Source of the DNA: Halocafeteria seosinensis
Lineage: Eukaryota
Assembly (NCBI GenBank): GCA_001687465.1
Contig: LVLI01000042.1
Location: forward strand, 1-38,438
Length of the DNA: 38,438 nt
Reading direction: 5' to 3'
Every line of letters starts with the position of its first letter. The stretch's first letter is position 1. The translations under genes were made by a program, and so were the position numbers. The notes beneath the pieces are model-generated. The model was not told the DNA's origin. It saw nothing but the letters and a program-made list of their open reading frames with translations, and ran no database searches. This document shows positions 1 through 9,653 of this stretch, piece by piece.

Positions 1-71
1 GCCGGGAAGTTGACCACATCCTCTTAACGAGGAGCGGTATGCGCCCGTGTTAAGCAGCGACGGGCCCGCTG
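1..71 (-). repeat. Fused right-end/left-end junction of the 9516-11348 element (attP- or circle-junction-like site)
   Basis: Reverse complement of 1-42 matches 9516-9557 (40/42). Reverse complement of 37-71 matches 11314-11348 (32/35). The two matches overlap only at the GCATAC core (37-42). The core sits in an imperfect inverted repeat CTTAAC(23-28)...GTTAAG(49-54). Confidence 0.85.
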
Positions 72-273
72 TTCCTGCAGCCTTGCTGACATGCGCCGTG
101 AGGGAACACAGCACTGGTTAAGCTCAGGAGGCATCGGGGGAGGCGCCATGCCTGCGCCCACAGTGTCAGAGGTACCGACAAGGCTCAGTCTGGCAGGAGA
201 AGACCCTGAGCCTGCCACAGCGGCGCCAACGCCAAGAAACATCCAGCTGCCGGTGGGCCATCAGTCACATCTT

Positions 274-291
274 CGTCGTCGTCGTCGTCGT
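274..291 (+). repeat. (CGT)6 microsatellite
   Basis: Read directly from the sequence. Confidence 0.9.
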
Positions 292-309
292 GTAGCCTGT
301 AGCAGGCAG

Positions 310-350
310 GTCTTCCGGTAGGAGCAATACCAATACACACATTACTCCCT
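310..350 (+). repeat. Dispersed GTCTTCCGGTAGGAGCAA motif, copy 1
   Basis: 310-330 is identical to 552-572. 310-340 matches 37805-37835 at 28/31. Confidence 0.8.
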
Positions 351-551
351 AAGTAAATTATCCCCTAAACACTTACACAGGTGTATTGTGATCTTTATTG
401 ACTCTGCTCAGGATGTGTGTGGTACATATGTATTCGTGTATTTTCCCAGCGCAAAAACTCTAGGATATCTTGAGTGTAACGCAGTTGTAAAGTGGATCAC
501 CATCACATGGGACCGCCCCTTACACGGCGTAGCGTCGCATGTAGCCTACAA

Positions 552-572
552 GTCTTCCGGTAGGAGCAATAC
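552..572 (+). repeat. Dispersed GTCTTCCGGTAGGAGCAA motif, copy 2
   Basis: 21/21 identity to 310-330. Both copies are preceded by TGTAGCCT. Confidence 0.8.
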
Positions 573-876
573 TGCATGGGTATACATGTGTATCCATCGG
601 TACGTACATGGTACACACATGGAACATCAAAACCGCCTGCGGTCAATCAATAAGTATCCAGAGCTGGCTTTGTCGCGCTAATGAGCAGTGAAGTGAACTA
701 CAATGTGAGCCCGAAACTATTTTTACCTACGCTTCGCATCCCCGAATCACTCATAGTATCCTGAACTTCCTGGCATTTGTGATCTCAGATTTGTGAAGGT
801 GGTAGTGAAGTATACCCAGCACACACTGTCATGCTGCCATTTATTGTTGGTAGTGGGATTCCACAGTGCATGCACA

Positions 877-2144
877 ATGATGATGGGGTGTCTAGCCAGG
901 TGGTCCCGTCGGTGGATATGCCCCGATTATGGAATGGTGGTGGAAAGAACGGCGCACAGGTCTCGTGCTAGCTTCCGCTCGGGGACACGTACTACAGCTT
1001 TGTCTCTCTATTACTGCGACGTGTACGTCGTCAAGCTCCCTGAGAACCACAGATTCCCTATGAAGAAATATGCGGCGACGCGAAAGCGAATTGAGAGCAC
1101 TTTGAGTACGGCAATGGATGCCAGCGGACAACCCAAGTTTTCGCTGATCCGGAGGAATCGCCTTACGTCAGTGGAAGATGGTCCCTCGCTCGTTCAAGAG
1201 ATACAGCGCTATAATCGCAAGGATTCTTCCGTTGCTCCTCGCAGGAGGCGACAAGAAGAGCATGCCGCGCTGGATGTGGTTTTAACACCGTCTGCGTTCT
1301 TGTCCCAAGAGCAAGCTGAATTGGTCCATGAAAGTGGTTATATCCAACGCTTTCTTACAGGGTCCCTGAGACGAGAAGAAGAGAAGGCGGTTGGGTTCCC
1401 ATGGTCGAGGGATCTAGTTCGGAGGACACTGGCGTCTAGTCTAGGAACGGCGCAAGCGGCATTCGACGCGCTGGAAACGGGCTTTGGAGCGCAAATTGCT
1501 GGAGGAACTCATCATGCCTTCTATGACTACGGGGAAGGATTCTGCACGTTCAATGACATTGCTGTAGCGGCATCCATGCTTCTACGATGGCGGTCTCAAC
1601 AAGTAAAGAAAATATTAGTGATTGATTTGGACGTACATCAGGGAAACGGAACGGCCAAAATGTTCGAAAGCGACGACAGGGTGTACACTTTTAGTATGCA
1701 CTGTGGTAGTAACCTGTTCTCAACTAAACAATTCGGGAACCGAGATGTTGAAATCCGCGAAGGCAGCGGGTATGTACTCATGAAACCTGATGAAGTTTTC
1801 CAACATTACTAATTTACCGGTTGTGCAGAGACGAGGAATATCTATCTATATTGAAAAAGGAGATCCCGACCGTTCTAGACGAAGCTGCGCCAGATATTGT
1901 GATATACCAAGCAGGAGTCGATGCTTTGGCCGACGATCGCTTAGGGAAATTGCAGTTGTCCAGAGAAGGTCTGCAACGGAGAAATGAATTTGTATACCAC
2001 AAAGTTTGTAAAGAACGTCGGATTCCCATCGTGGTCTGCATGGGCGGCGGATACGGAAGAAACATTGAAAATTCCATCGCTTCCCATAGTGACGTTTATA
2101 TCCAGCTTGCGGCTACTGCGTATGAAGTGCATATCGGCAGCTGA
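877..2144 (+). CDS. Zn-dependent histone deacetylase family protein (class IV / bacterial-type deacylase); join(877..1769,1829..2144)
   Basis: Motifs HRFPMKKY, GGTHHA, GFCTFND, IDLDVHQGNGT, YQAGVD and MGGGY. A 59-nt intron at 1770-1828 (GTATGT...ACTAAT...TGCAG) restores G-D-E-E-Y-L. Start taken as the first ATG. The Arg-rich N-terminus resembles a presequence. Confidence 0.92.
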
Positions 2145-2351
2145 ATGTTCCAACCGACCGTCGACACCATACTGGTGGTTCATAGTCTCATCACTGAGTC
2201 CTCAGTCGCGGATCTCCATTATATGCGCTCCGGCATGCATTTAGAAATGGTCAGAGAGTCGATTTACCTTAGTCATTTGCACGCGGAGGTTCGTTGAGTA
2301 TCCCGTTGCTAACTCTTCCCATGTGTCGTGGAATTTGGAAAGCCTCATCTA

Positions 2352-3854
2352 TCAACCCTTTTCCAAGCAACGTCGAATCGTCTGTTGCGCCAAGTTAAAT
2401 CGATGGGATATATCTGCGAAAAGAAATCGGCTTAACTGCTGAAGAGTGACGCTCGTGTTTTTCGAAATTCCGGCGGTCTGGATATTCCTCCCGCAGCTAC
2501 TCATGTCACGGGCAAGGATATGGCCTATTGCACCTCCCACGGCGTCTGATGTAGCGGAAAATACGGAGGGTGCCCAACGAAACCACAAATCCCGCTGCAG
2601 CGTTGACTCGAATTGATCTTGCCATGCAGCTGGAGGTGTCTGTGCTAAAGCTTGCACGAATGACGAGTTGCTAATGTGTCTCGCTAGTGTGCAAACTGGT
2701 TGGGCAGTATTCTTAATCCATTGGCACTTTGACAGCTTGGACTTGAGTACCCTTACCACCTCAAACATTTGGCGATGATACTCGTTTGCATCGCACACGA
2801 AAGAGTGGTTATGAAAACTCCAGGCCCCATTATCCATGGCCACAATATTCTCGTTCGGATCACGGAACCAATTCTTGTCCATGTGGCGATCCGTATTCAG
2901 GACCAGATAGTCCAACACATTGAGACGAAATAGTTGGCCTAGAAACCTTGGAGACGCAGCATTGCATTGTCGGTTATACCACGTTTTCTCGTAGGACGTG
3001 AAGTTCGCGAATGGTGTTAGAGCGCCCATGAGCACCCGCTCTTTACCAAAGCGGAAGATACACTGTTTCGGAAGCATGGGTTTTGCCGTCAACATAGACA
3101 AGGGCATTACCATGCCGTATGCAGGGTACGAAAGGTTGTATCCAAACACATCTTGGTCCAAAATGTTGGCCACAATTTCTGGCCATGCTTGCTTTCCTAG
3201 CCAATAAGACATGGGAGGTCGGCATGACAGTTTCAGCACGTACCCTCCGCAGTGAGGGATCTCCAGGACTAATAGATGTCGCGTCAACTTGCTGACCACC
3301 TTAATCTTGAATCCACTCTGCCTCCCTTTAGGTTGTGTACTCTTTTCCTTGGTTTTCCTTTTCCTCTTCTTGCCCTTCTTATCGTCATCACTTTCACGAC
3401 CTGAAGAAGTCAAACTGTTGGCGACCGAGAACAGTCGTTCCTCCAAATGTCTTCTAAAAAGTTCACATCCGGTCGGGAATCGATACGACGTTAGTACGTG
3501 TTTGTTTAATCCGGTATTCGAGGTGTCTAATAGCCTGGAAGCCCTATTTATGGCTCTGTGACTCCCTCCGCCACTACCACCTCCAGTAGCGGTCGTGGTG
3601 ATGTTTGTGGTTTTCGCTGTCGCATGCGCTCCTGTATGCTCGCCCTGCCGTCGCACTGATGTCAGTAGTGGAGGCGCAACGGCAACTTGGGTTGGAAAAG
3701 TGAGCATGACGGAATAACTGAGAGAAAGACCCAGAATGGTCAAACTAACCAAGGTCGCTACAACGCAGCCTCGCGTGAACCGGATATCCAAGAAAGGCTC
3801 TCTATTGGCTTTGCCATTCGCATGAGGATGATGGCCTCCTCCTAACTTCGACAT
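2352..3854 (-). CDS. Type II membrane atypical kinase, FAM20/Four-jointed/FAM198-like (PI3/PI4-kinase-like fold)
   Basis: Single N-terminal hydrophobic helix (VVATLVSLTILGLSLSYSVML) and a Thr/Gly low-complexity stem. Then YVLK, WPEIVA, catalytic-type LDYLVLNTDRH and metal-binding-type IVAMDNG, with several Cys. Intronless; start at the first ATG. Confidence 0.72.
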   Translation of the reverse strand: MSKLGGGHHPHANGKANREPFLDIRFTRGCVVATLVSLTILGLSLSYSVMLTFPTQVAVAPPLLTSVRRQGEHTGAHATAKTTNITTTATGGGSGGGSHRAINRASRLLDTSNTGLNKHVLTSYRFPTGCELFRRHLEERLFSVANSLTSSGRESDDDKKGKKRKRKTKEKSTQPKGRQSGFKIKVVSKLTRHLLVLEIPHCGGYVLKLSCRPPMSYWLGKQAWPEIVANILDQDVFGYNLSYPAYGMVMPLSMLTAKPMLPKQCIFRFGKERVLMGALTPFANFTSYEKTWYNRQCNAASPRFLGQLFRLNVLDYLVLNTDRHMDKNWFRDPNENIVAMDNGAWSFHNHSFVCDANEYHRQMFEVVRVLKSKLSKCQWIKNTAQPVCTLARHISNSSFVQALAQTPPAAWQDQFESTLQRDLWFRWAPSVFSATSDAVGGAIGHILARDMSSCGRNIQTAGISKNTSVTLQQLSRFLFADISHRFNLAQQTIRRCLEKG

Positions 3855-4243
3855 TCTGATATCAACATTAAACAATTACTGCTACATGGTGCTACTAACA
3901 ATTCTATCAAACCGTGTCATATTACAATGCTAGCGGTCTTTTCGAGAAGTCGCATCTTTTGGTCGCCCAGTCACTATTGAAACCATACCCATAAAAGCAT
4001 AATATACACCCGTGTTTTTAAGACACACAAGTACATAGCAATCTTGCTTCCAAGCTTTCCTTTCCTTGGGAAAGGAGTCTATGGTGCTTGCTACTCACTC
4101 TGTGTACATCTCCAGACGAACTTCCTCGGTCGGCTAGCAATCAAGTAATGTCTGGATGAACGCTTGTCTCTTCCATTTCTGACTGTTGCTTGCTTGAGCA
4201 AAGGGCTACATTATTCCAGTGACTGACTGTAGTTTAAACCATA

Positions 4244-4261
4244 CTGCTGCTGCTGCTGCTG
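4244..4261 (+). repeat. (CTG)6 microsatellite
   Basis: Read directly from the sequence, downstream of the uL23m stop. Confidence 0.85.
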
Positions 4262-4355
4262 TGGTTTTGTCCTCAGTTCCGTACGATGCCTACAGAGCAG
4301 CAAGCAAGAACTGTCCTCCTCTCCTCTCCTTCTACATACACACACGTGTCTCTGT

Positions 4356-4741
4356 CTAGCGCTGTTCCAAGAGGTCGGAGGCTTCTTCATCATGTGCACG
4401 GACATACACCTTTTTATAATCTTTTAGTTTCGTATACGGTCTCAAACCTCGCCTTCGTTTCGTTTTCCCTGCCAAAAACAGACAACATAAAATCATGCTC
4501 CATTACCATTCAAGAACTCCCCCCATGTCCACACTCGTTCACACGCACCCAGGTAGTTTATGGTGGCGACGCGCTCCACCTTGAGGTTGTAGACCTTCTC
4601 CAGGTACTCCTTGATCTCGGGCTTGGTCCACTGGGGGTCGGTCCGGAAGATGAAATTCCCACGGGGCAAGTTGGACGACGCGCGACGCACGAGCGTCAGC
4701 GACATCTCCGGGAACCACGTCGGATGGCGCACGGGAGGCAT
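4356..4741 (-). CDS. MRPL23: Mitochondrial ribosomal protein uL23m; complement(join(4356..4468,4549..4741)), 101 aa
   Basis: FRTDPQWTKPEIKEYLEKVYNLKVERVATINYLG, then an 80-nt intron (GTGCGT...TTTTTGGCAG). Exon 2 KTKRRRG...KDYKKVYV completes the uL23 signature. Confidence 0.9.
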
Positions 4742-4989
4742 TTTATTTGAGGCAGTATTTTATACTACTAGTAGTTGTATCAGACAAGCAAACAAACAAA
4801 CAGGGGAAGGAAGGACAAGCAAATGAGTGAGGGAGTGCATAGAAAGTCCAAAGTGAACGAAATGATTGATGCATATAGTACAACCTTTTTTGTAGTTTTG
4901 GTCAAAGGGAGCCTAAAGGGAGAGCAAGGTGGATGGGATTGATTTAGAGCGTGTTTGGTAGATATAAACGGCTTTTATAGAGGGAAAAC
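4742..4989. promoter_or_regulatory. Probable bidirectional promoter between uL23m and NDUFB10
   Basis: 248-bp spacer between two divergent start codons. Positional inference only. Confidence 0.55.
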
Positions 4990-5651
4990 ATGGCCCAGCA
5001 GCACGGGGGACAGTTCCATGGATCGGCCGCGACCGTCATTGGGTCGAAATGTCATACAAATTATAGTGAATTATACCCAAATCCGTCAGAGATCGAGGAC
5101 AGGAAGGACTTTCCCAGGGCTTCTGTCGAGCCTAAACGAGTTATAGAAGATGTTATGCAAGATAAATTGAATTTCGGGCCGATGAAGCCTCGCGTCCTGG
5201 CGTACGCTCCGAAATACCGCGATTTTGAACGAGATGACCAAGGGAACCCCCTCTTCCACAGTCTCCGCGGACCTGACAAATTAGCAGCTCGAGCACAATT
5301 CGTCCGTGAAAGATTTGTGGCCATTGCCGAGACGGAAATACTACGAGAACAGTTAAATGAGTGCTTCCTGAGGGAGAGAGTCAATGCCAAAGAGCACTGC
5401 AAACCACTCGTTAAAGCCTACGCGGAACTCATCTCGAGACCGTACTGGGATATGCTCAAGGTATGTAGCAGTTTTGTTTTTGTTTCCTTGCCTTTTGTGT
5501 AGTCGCCGACAGCATCCAAAGGATGATGACGAAAACAGTGATCTTTGCGAAATGAGTGCATATAGGCTCACTCCGCAACTTGTCAGCAGTATCGTAGTTA
5601 CTCTTCGTTTGTATGCTGTCGTTTTACTTGCAGGCTCCTTCCAAATACTAA
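4990..5651 (+). CDS. NDUFB10: NADH:ubiquinone oxidoreductase subunit NDUFB10 (PDSW)-like; join(4990..5460,5634..5651)
   Basis: RERFVAIAETEILREQLNECFLRERVNAKEHCKPLVKAY matches the NDUFB10 C-x5-VN-x4-C pattern. Donor GTATGT at 5461. Acceptor is either 5633 (ending APSKY*) or 5502 (ending SPTASKG*). Confidence 0.8.
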
Positions 5652-6095
5652 CGGGAAGCTAGTAAAGCATGGATAACCATTTATCTTAGTGAAAATGTTC
5701 TCTACAGGGATGTTATATTTGCAAAGAAATGGATTCTATTTCCATTGGGGACCGTGAAAAGGCATACTTCAATTTTGTGCTGTATTGTAGTACAAATTGT
5801 AGCATTGACATGATATTGGCAGAATAGAGCGATAGCGGATAGGAGTACTACCGTTAATAGGCACATATGCAGGAGATTCAACTTGTACAGCCGTGTACTG
5901 CGTATTGCACACTGTCTGTCAGTGTATGTGTACTCGGAGCTATGTAAGGGTATTCATGACACAGATGTCTTCCTAGAGTAGCTTGGGAATACACATACAA
6001 AGAAAGGGAACTTCCAGTCAATGGAAAGGGAGGGATAAACTACCTCAACTTTACTGTACCAATAAGGTTGGCGAAAAAGTATACCGTTTGGAAAC

Positions 6096-8279
6096 CTAAT
6101 CCGTCCACAAATTCTGATTAAATTTGGCTCCCCGGCGTTGATAACCACGATGCCGCTTTACCTTGTTAGAACGTACAGACCTAGCCACTCGCTGTGCCGG
6201 CAACACTCTCATACTGTTTCTTGTCCGTGGAGTTTTGGATACCATTGCGGCCTCGGATGAAGTAAGGGTGGGTGACCTTGTTGGAGTACTAGTGGAATTT
6301 GGGGTTTGAGTGGCTAAGGTTGTAGAAGCCCTTGATCCCGAAGGAGAGCTACTCCTGCTGGGTGTAGTCGTTGATGTACTGCTGGAGGTCTGTGTTCGAG
6401 AAGGTGAACCAGTGGAAGAAGAGGTTGCGGTCCTCGATGTAGACGGTGAAGGTGTCCAGGAGCCTGTTTGAGCGGCCGAGTTTGATGGGGTTTTCGTCAT
6501 GGTCATGGTCGTCGAGGGACTAGACGTGGGAGTCGGACTTGGAACGTTCGGTAGCTGGAATCGCAACACGGGCATTAAGTCGTGTCCATTGAGAGTCCAG
6601 ATGGCAGCATCCCATCTTTGAATGCCCTCAAACTGATACAGTTGACCATGAATAGCATTCAAATTGCCTGAGGTACCAATATTATCATGATTTTCCATGT
6701 ACTGTGCCTGGTCAAAGCCCACAAGTTTCTTGTGGCCAGCATCGTTGTACACAGAAAAATTCACTTGGATAACACCAGCAAAGTTGCCATGTGTACTTCC
6801 TATAATGCCTCCTGCATTGTGGTCGTCCAAAAACCCAGAAGCGTATGAATTTTTGATATATAGATTGCCGAGGTTGGGACCTCCTGCATATCCTCCAGCA
6901 ATACCTCCGCCTCGACCGGTACCAATAACTCCTTGAGAATAGCAGTTTCTGATATGTGCTTTGCCACCACTTGAGGCTATATACGACCCACTGATTCCTC
7001 CCGCAAAAGTGGCAGAGATTCTACCAGTACTGAAACATTCTTCAATACTCATGTATCCTCTATCAGCTGCCTGTCGACCGACAATCCCGCCACTTCCTAG
7101 TCCTCCGATAGTTCCTCTTGAATACGATTGTGTAATATGAAGTTGGCCGCCGAGTGTACCAGCACTGTGCCCGCAAATACCCCCTGCCCATTTCCCTTCG
7201 ATAGCTCCTGTAGAGTGGCATTGTGTTATGTTGACATGTCCATCAGTCTTGCCGGCACCTACACCTACAATCCCGCCCGCTTGCTCTCCTACTATTACTC
7301 CTGTAGAATAGGAATGCAATATGCGAATATCACCCGAGCTAGAACCACACAATCTTCCACATATACCACCACTGCCAACATGAGTAATATCTCCTGAAGA
7401 ACTGCAAGAGTCCACAATAAAATGCTTTTGATTGTCTTGGATAATAAATCCAGCATAATGTGCGGTACTCCCGTTTCTAACGTGTACGTTTCGAATGATC
7501 GGAGCGTCCAAAAGTGAGGCAACACTACCCATGATTCTAAACAAGCCGTTAAAGTTAGCAATTCCGGCCAAATTGATAATGCATTTGTCACCTTGTTTAC
7601 TGCCTGCACTCCCATCAAAAATCTCGTTCACATCGAGGGAAATGTGAGTCTCAGCTCCATATCCAGTGGCGTTCCAGTTCAGCACGGTGCAGTTCATCTG
7701 GAATTTTTTCGACTCAGCCACATACCGGAAACACGGTTCGTGTCCCTGCATAATACTGCTTCGTATATCCATTGTCTGACAGGACGGTAACTTCAATGCA
7801 ACTAGCAACAGTACTACCCTCGTGATCAAGAACAATGAAGACGGGAGCCGACGAGCTGAGGAAGTAGTTCGTAGTCTGTGGACTAGAGCTGTAGCAGATA
7901 CCAACGGATTTCTTGAACTTGACGTCAGTTGTGTACATGTGCGTAAACCTAGTTCAGCTGGAGTACTTGCTTGACCAACTAAATCCCAGAAGAGCTCAAT
8001 AAATAGCAACGTTAACACCGGTATAGCGATGAGAACAGCGACCACTACAAGGAACACTTCACCACTTGGCTGGTATGATAGACTCCCAGCTGGACTGTGG
8101 GTCATGTATTCGAGAGGCAGTGCACACAAATCAATTAATATTGGCTTCAAAGCAGTACAGTATCGATGGGAATCCAACACGGCACAGTTCATGGTCATAA
8201 AGTTCAATTCGACTGCGAGCAAAGCAGGAACTCTGCTTGAATTATCGGACACTTGTGTTAAATGCCTGCCACGTACCAT
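6096..8279 (-). CDS. GLUG-motif-like repeat surface protein with Ser/Thr/Pro-rich mucin-like tail
   Basis: About 7 repeats of (S/A)GGI(C/V/S/A)G...I..(C/S)YS.G.I, an S/T/P-rich tract at ~6250-6545, and two N-terminal hydrophobic segments. The true start is uncertain: a possible intron branch point and acceptor lie at 8328-8357. Confidence 0.72.
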   Translation of the reverse strand: MVRGRHLTQVSDNSSRVPALLAVELNFMTMNCAVLDSHRYCTALKPILIDLCALPLEYMTHSPAGSLSYQPSGEVFLVVVAVLIAIPVLTLLFIELFWDLVGQASTPAELGLRTCTQLTSSSRNPLVSATALVHRLRTTSSARRLPSSLFLITRVVLLLVALKLPSCQTMDIRSSIMQGHEPCFRYVAESKKFQMNCTVLNWNATGYGAETHISLDVNEIFDGSAGSKQGDKCIINLAGIANFNGLFRIMGSVASLLDAPIIRNVHVRNGSTAHYAGFIIQDNQKHFIVDSCSSSGDITHVGSGGICGRLCGSSSGDIRILHSYSTGVIVGEQAGGIVGVGAGKTDGHVNITQCHSTGAIEGKWAGGICGHSAGTLGGQLHITQSYSRGTIGGLGSGGIVGRQAADRGYMSIEECFSTGRISATFAGGISGSYIASSGGKAHIRNCYSQGVIGTGRGGGIAGGYAGGPNLGNLYIKNSYASGFLDDHNAGGIIGSTHGNFAGVIQVNFSVYNDAGHKKLVGFDQAQYMENHDNIGTSGNLNAIHGQLYQFEGIQRWDAAIWTLNGHDLMPVLRFQLPNVPSPTPTSSPSTTMTMTKTPSNSAAQTGSWTPSPSTSRTATSSSTGSPSRTQTSSSTSTTTPSRSSSPSGSRASTTLATQTPNSTSTPTRSPTLTSSEAAMVSKTPRTRNSMRVLPAQRVARSVRSNKVKRHRGYQRRGAKFNQNLWTD

Positions 8280-9575
8280 TCGCTCCACCTTCTGCCACAA
8301 CCCCTTGTGTAAAAGGATCAACCGTGCCTGATATGACGACTGAAGGATACATTAGTTTGCTTCTTTATACAGGCTTGCCCCCGTGCATATCGATGTGTCG
8401 TTCGGTCACTCTGCTGCGCACACGAAGAGTTCAATAAGTATTATAGTATCAACCCGAGAATCTGAGCAATTAAGTGTTACGTTAAAAGTATGAGTATTTC
8501 TATGACGTATGTGTGAATTAGCCATGTTTTGAATGCCTGAAGCAGCTGAGGGTTTACCTCTTCAGGAAAGCATCGTACTCGCTCCTGACTTGTCCAAGCA
8601 CCCCATCGCCTCAATCAGTATTTTTCACCCTTTATGAACCCAGAGAGGAATATACACGTTGCACAAGTGCTTCTGTAAAGCCCCGATGCGTTCAGATTCG
8701 TCCACAGAACCACTTGTCGTTGGCCAACTTGAGTCCAACAACTTCCGCGATTGATGACCAGCAGGAACGTACCTTCAAGGAATTTAAATGGATTAGAAAA
8801 AGGATCGTCGGGTCGGTTCTACTCGTTTAAAGAAAGAATTCTACCAAAACTTTGGGATTCCCCGAACAGGTATTGCATCCCGCACAAGCGAACACTGCCC
8901 ATAGACAACTGAGGAGGAACAAGCACCAGCACCTTCTTGGTTTCAGGCAGTGCGAGGCTAATCCAAGGAGCAACGTGGTTGAAGCCTACCAAATCTTAAT
9001 ACAAGCGTTGATACAGTAGCACGGATTAATCGGAAACTCGGAAGATTGTGCCCGCACCTCTAACAAATGTCAAGAAACGATTGTTGCCTTTTTGTGGCTT
9101 CAACTTGATTGTGTGTGCTTTAAGTTAAGGGTGGAATTTCACCGTGGAAATTCCGTGGAATCGTCAAGCTGCACGAGCACTTCGGAGACTCGTTCTTCCA
9201 AACACTCGTAAGAAGGAATATGGAGCGTTAAAATTGAAATATAGAACAGTTGGTAAGCAAACAAGTATGCATGAGGAAATTATGGAGAAGCACAATAATG
9301 GGAGCTCATCTCCTTGCTCTTGTCATCGAAAATTGGCAGTAGCATAGAGTGAGTGAACGATTGCCGACTTCCAGACCTCCCGAGACTAAAGAGTATTATG
9401 GCCTTATGTTAGAGTTTGGTATGGGCGTGCTACCTCCCAAAACGGCAAATTACGGTACCATATATGGTACGCGGCACGTGGTAGGAGTGGTACATATTTG
9501 TGAGGATTTCATTTTGCATACCGCTCCTCGTTAAGAGGATGCGGTCAACTCCCCGGCCGGTGGGCTATCTGTCAC

Positions 9576-9578
<3 letters not shown>

Positions 9579-9608
<30 letters not shown>
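9579..9608 (+). repeat. (TG)15 microsatellite
   Basis: Read directly from the sequence. It lies between the element's left end and the captured fragment. Confidence 0.95.
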
Positions 9609-9610
<2 letters not shown>

Positions 9611-9653
9611 ATACGACTGGTCCCGTTATATGGCGCTTCGTTCTAGAGAAACA

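Noticed and set aside
9133..9154. GGAATTTC-N6-GAAATTCC hairpin and GTGGAA repeats
   Set aside because: An 8-bp stem is expected by chance in a window this size.
9191..9213. 19/23 inverted match to 11045-11067 (core ACACTCGTAAGA)
   Set aside because: Short and not convincingly extendable. It may be chance, but could be revisited if the element family is defined.
8322..9515. Possible transposase, recombinase or RT remnant next to the element
   Set aside because: No RHRY, YxDD or DDE-like motif recognisable in the frames I translated.
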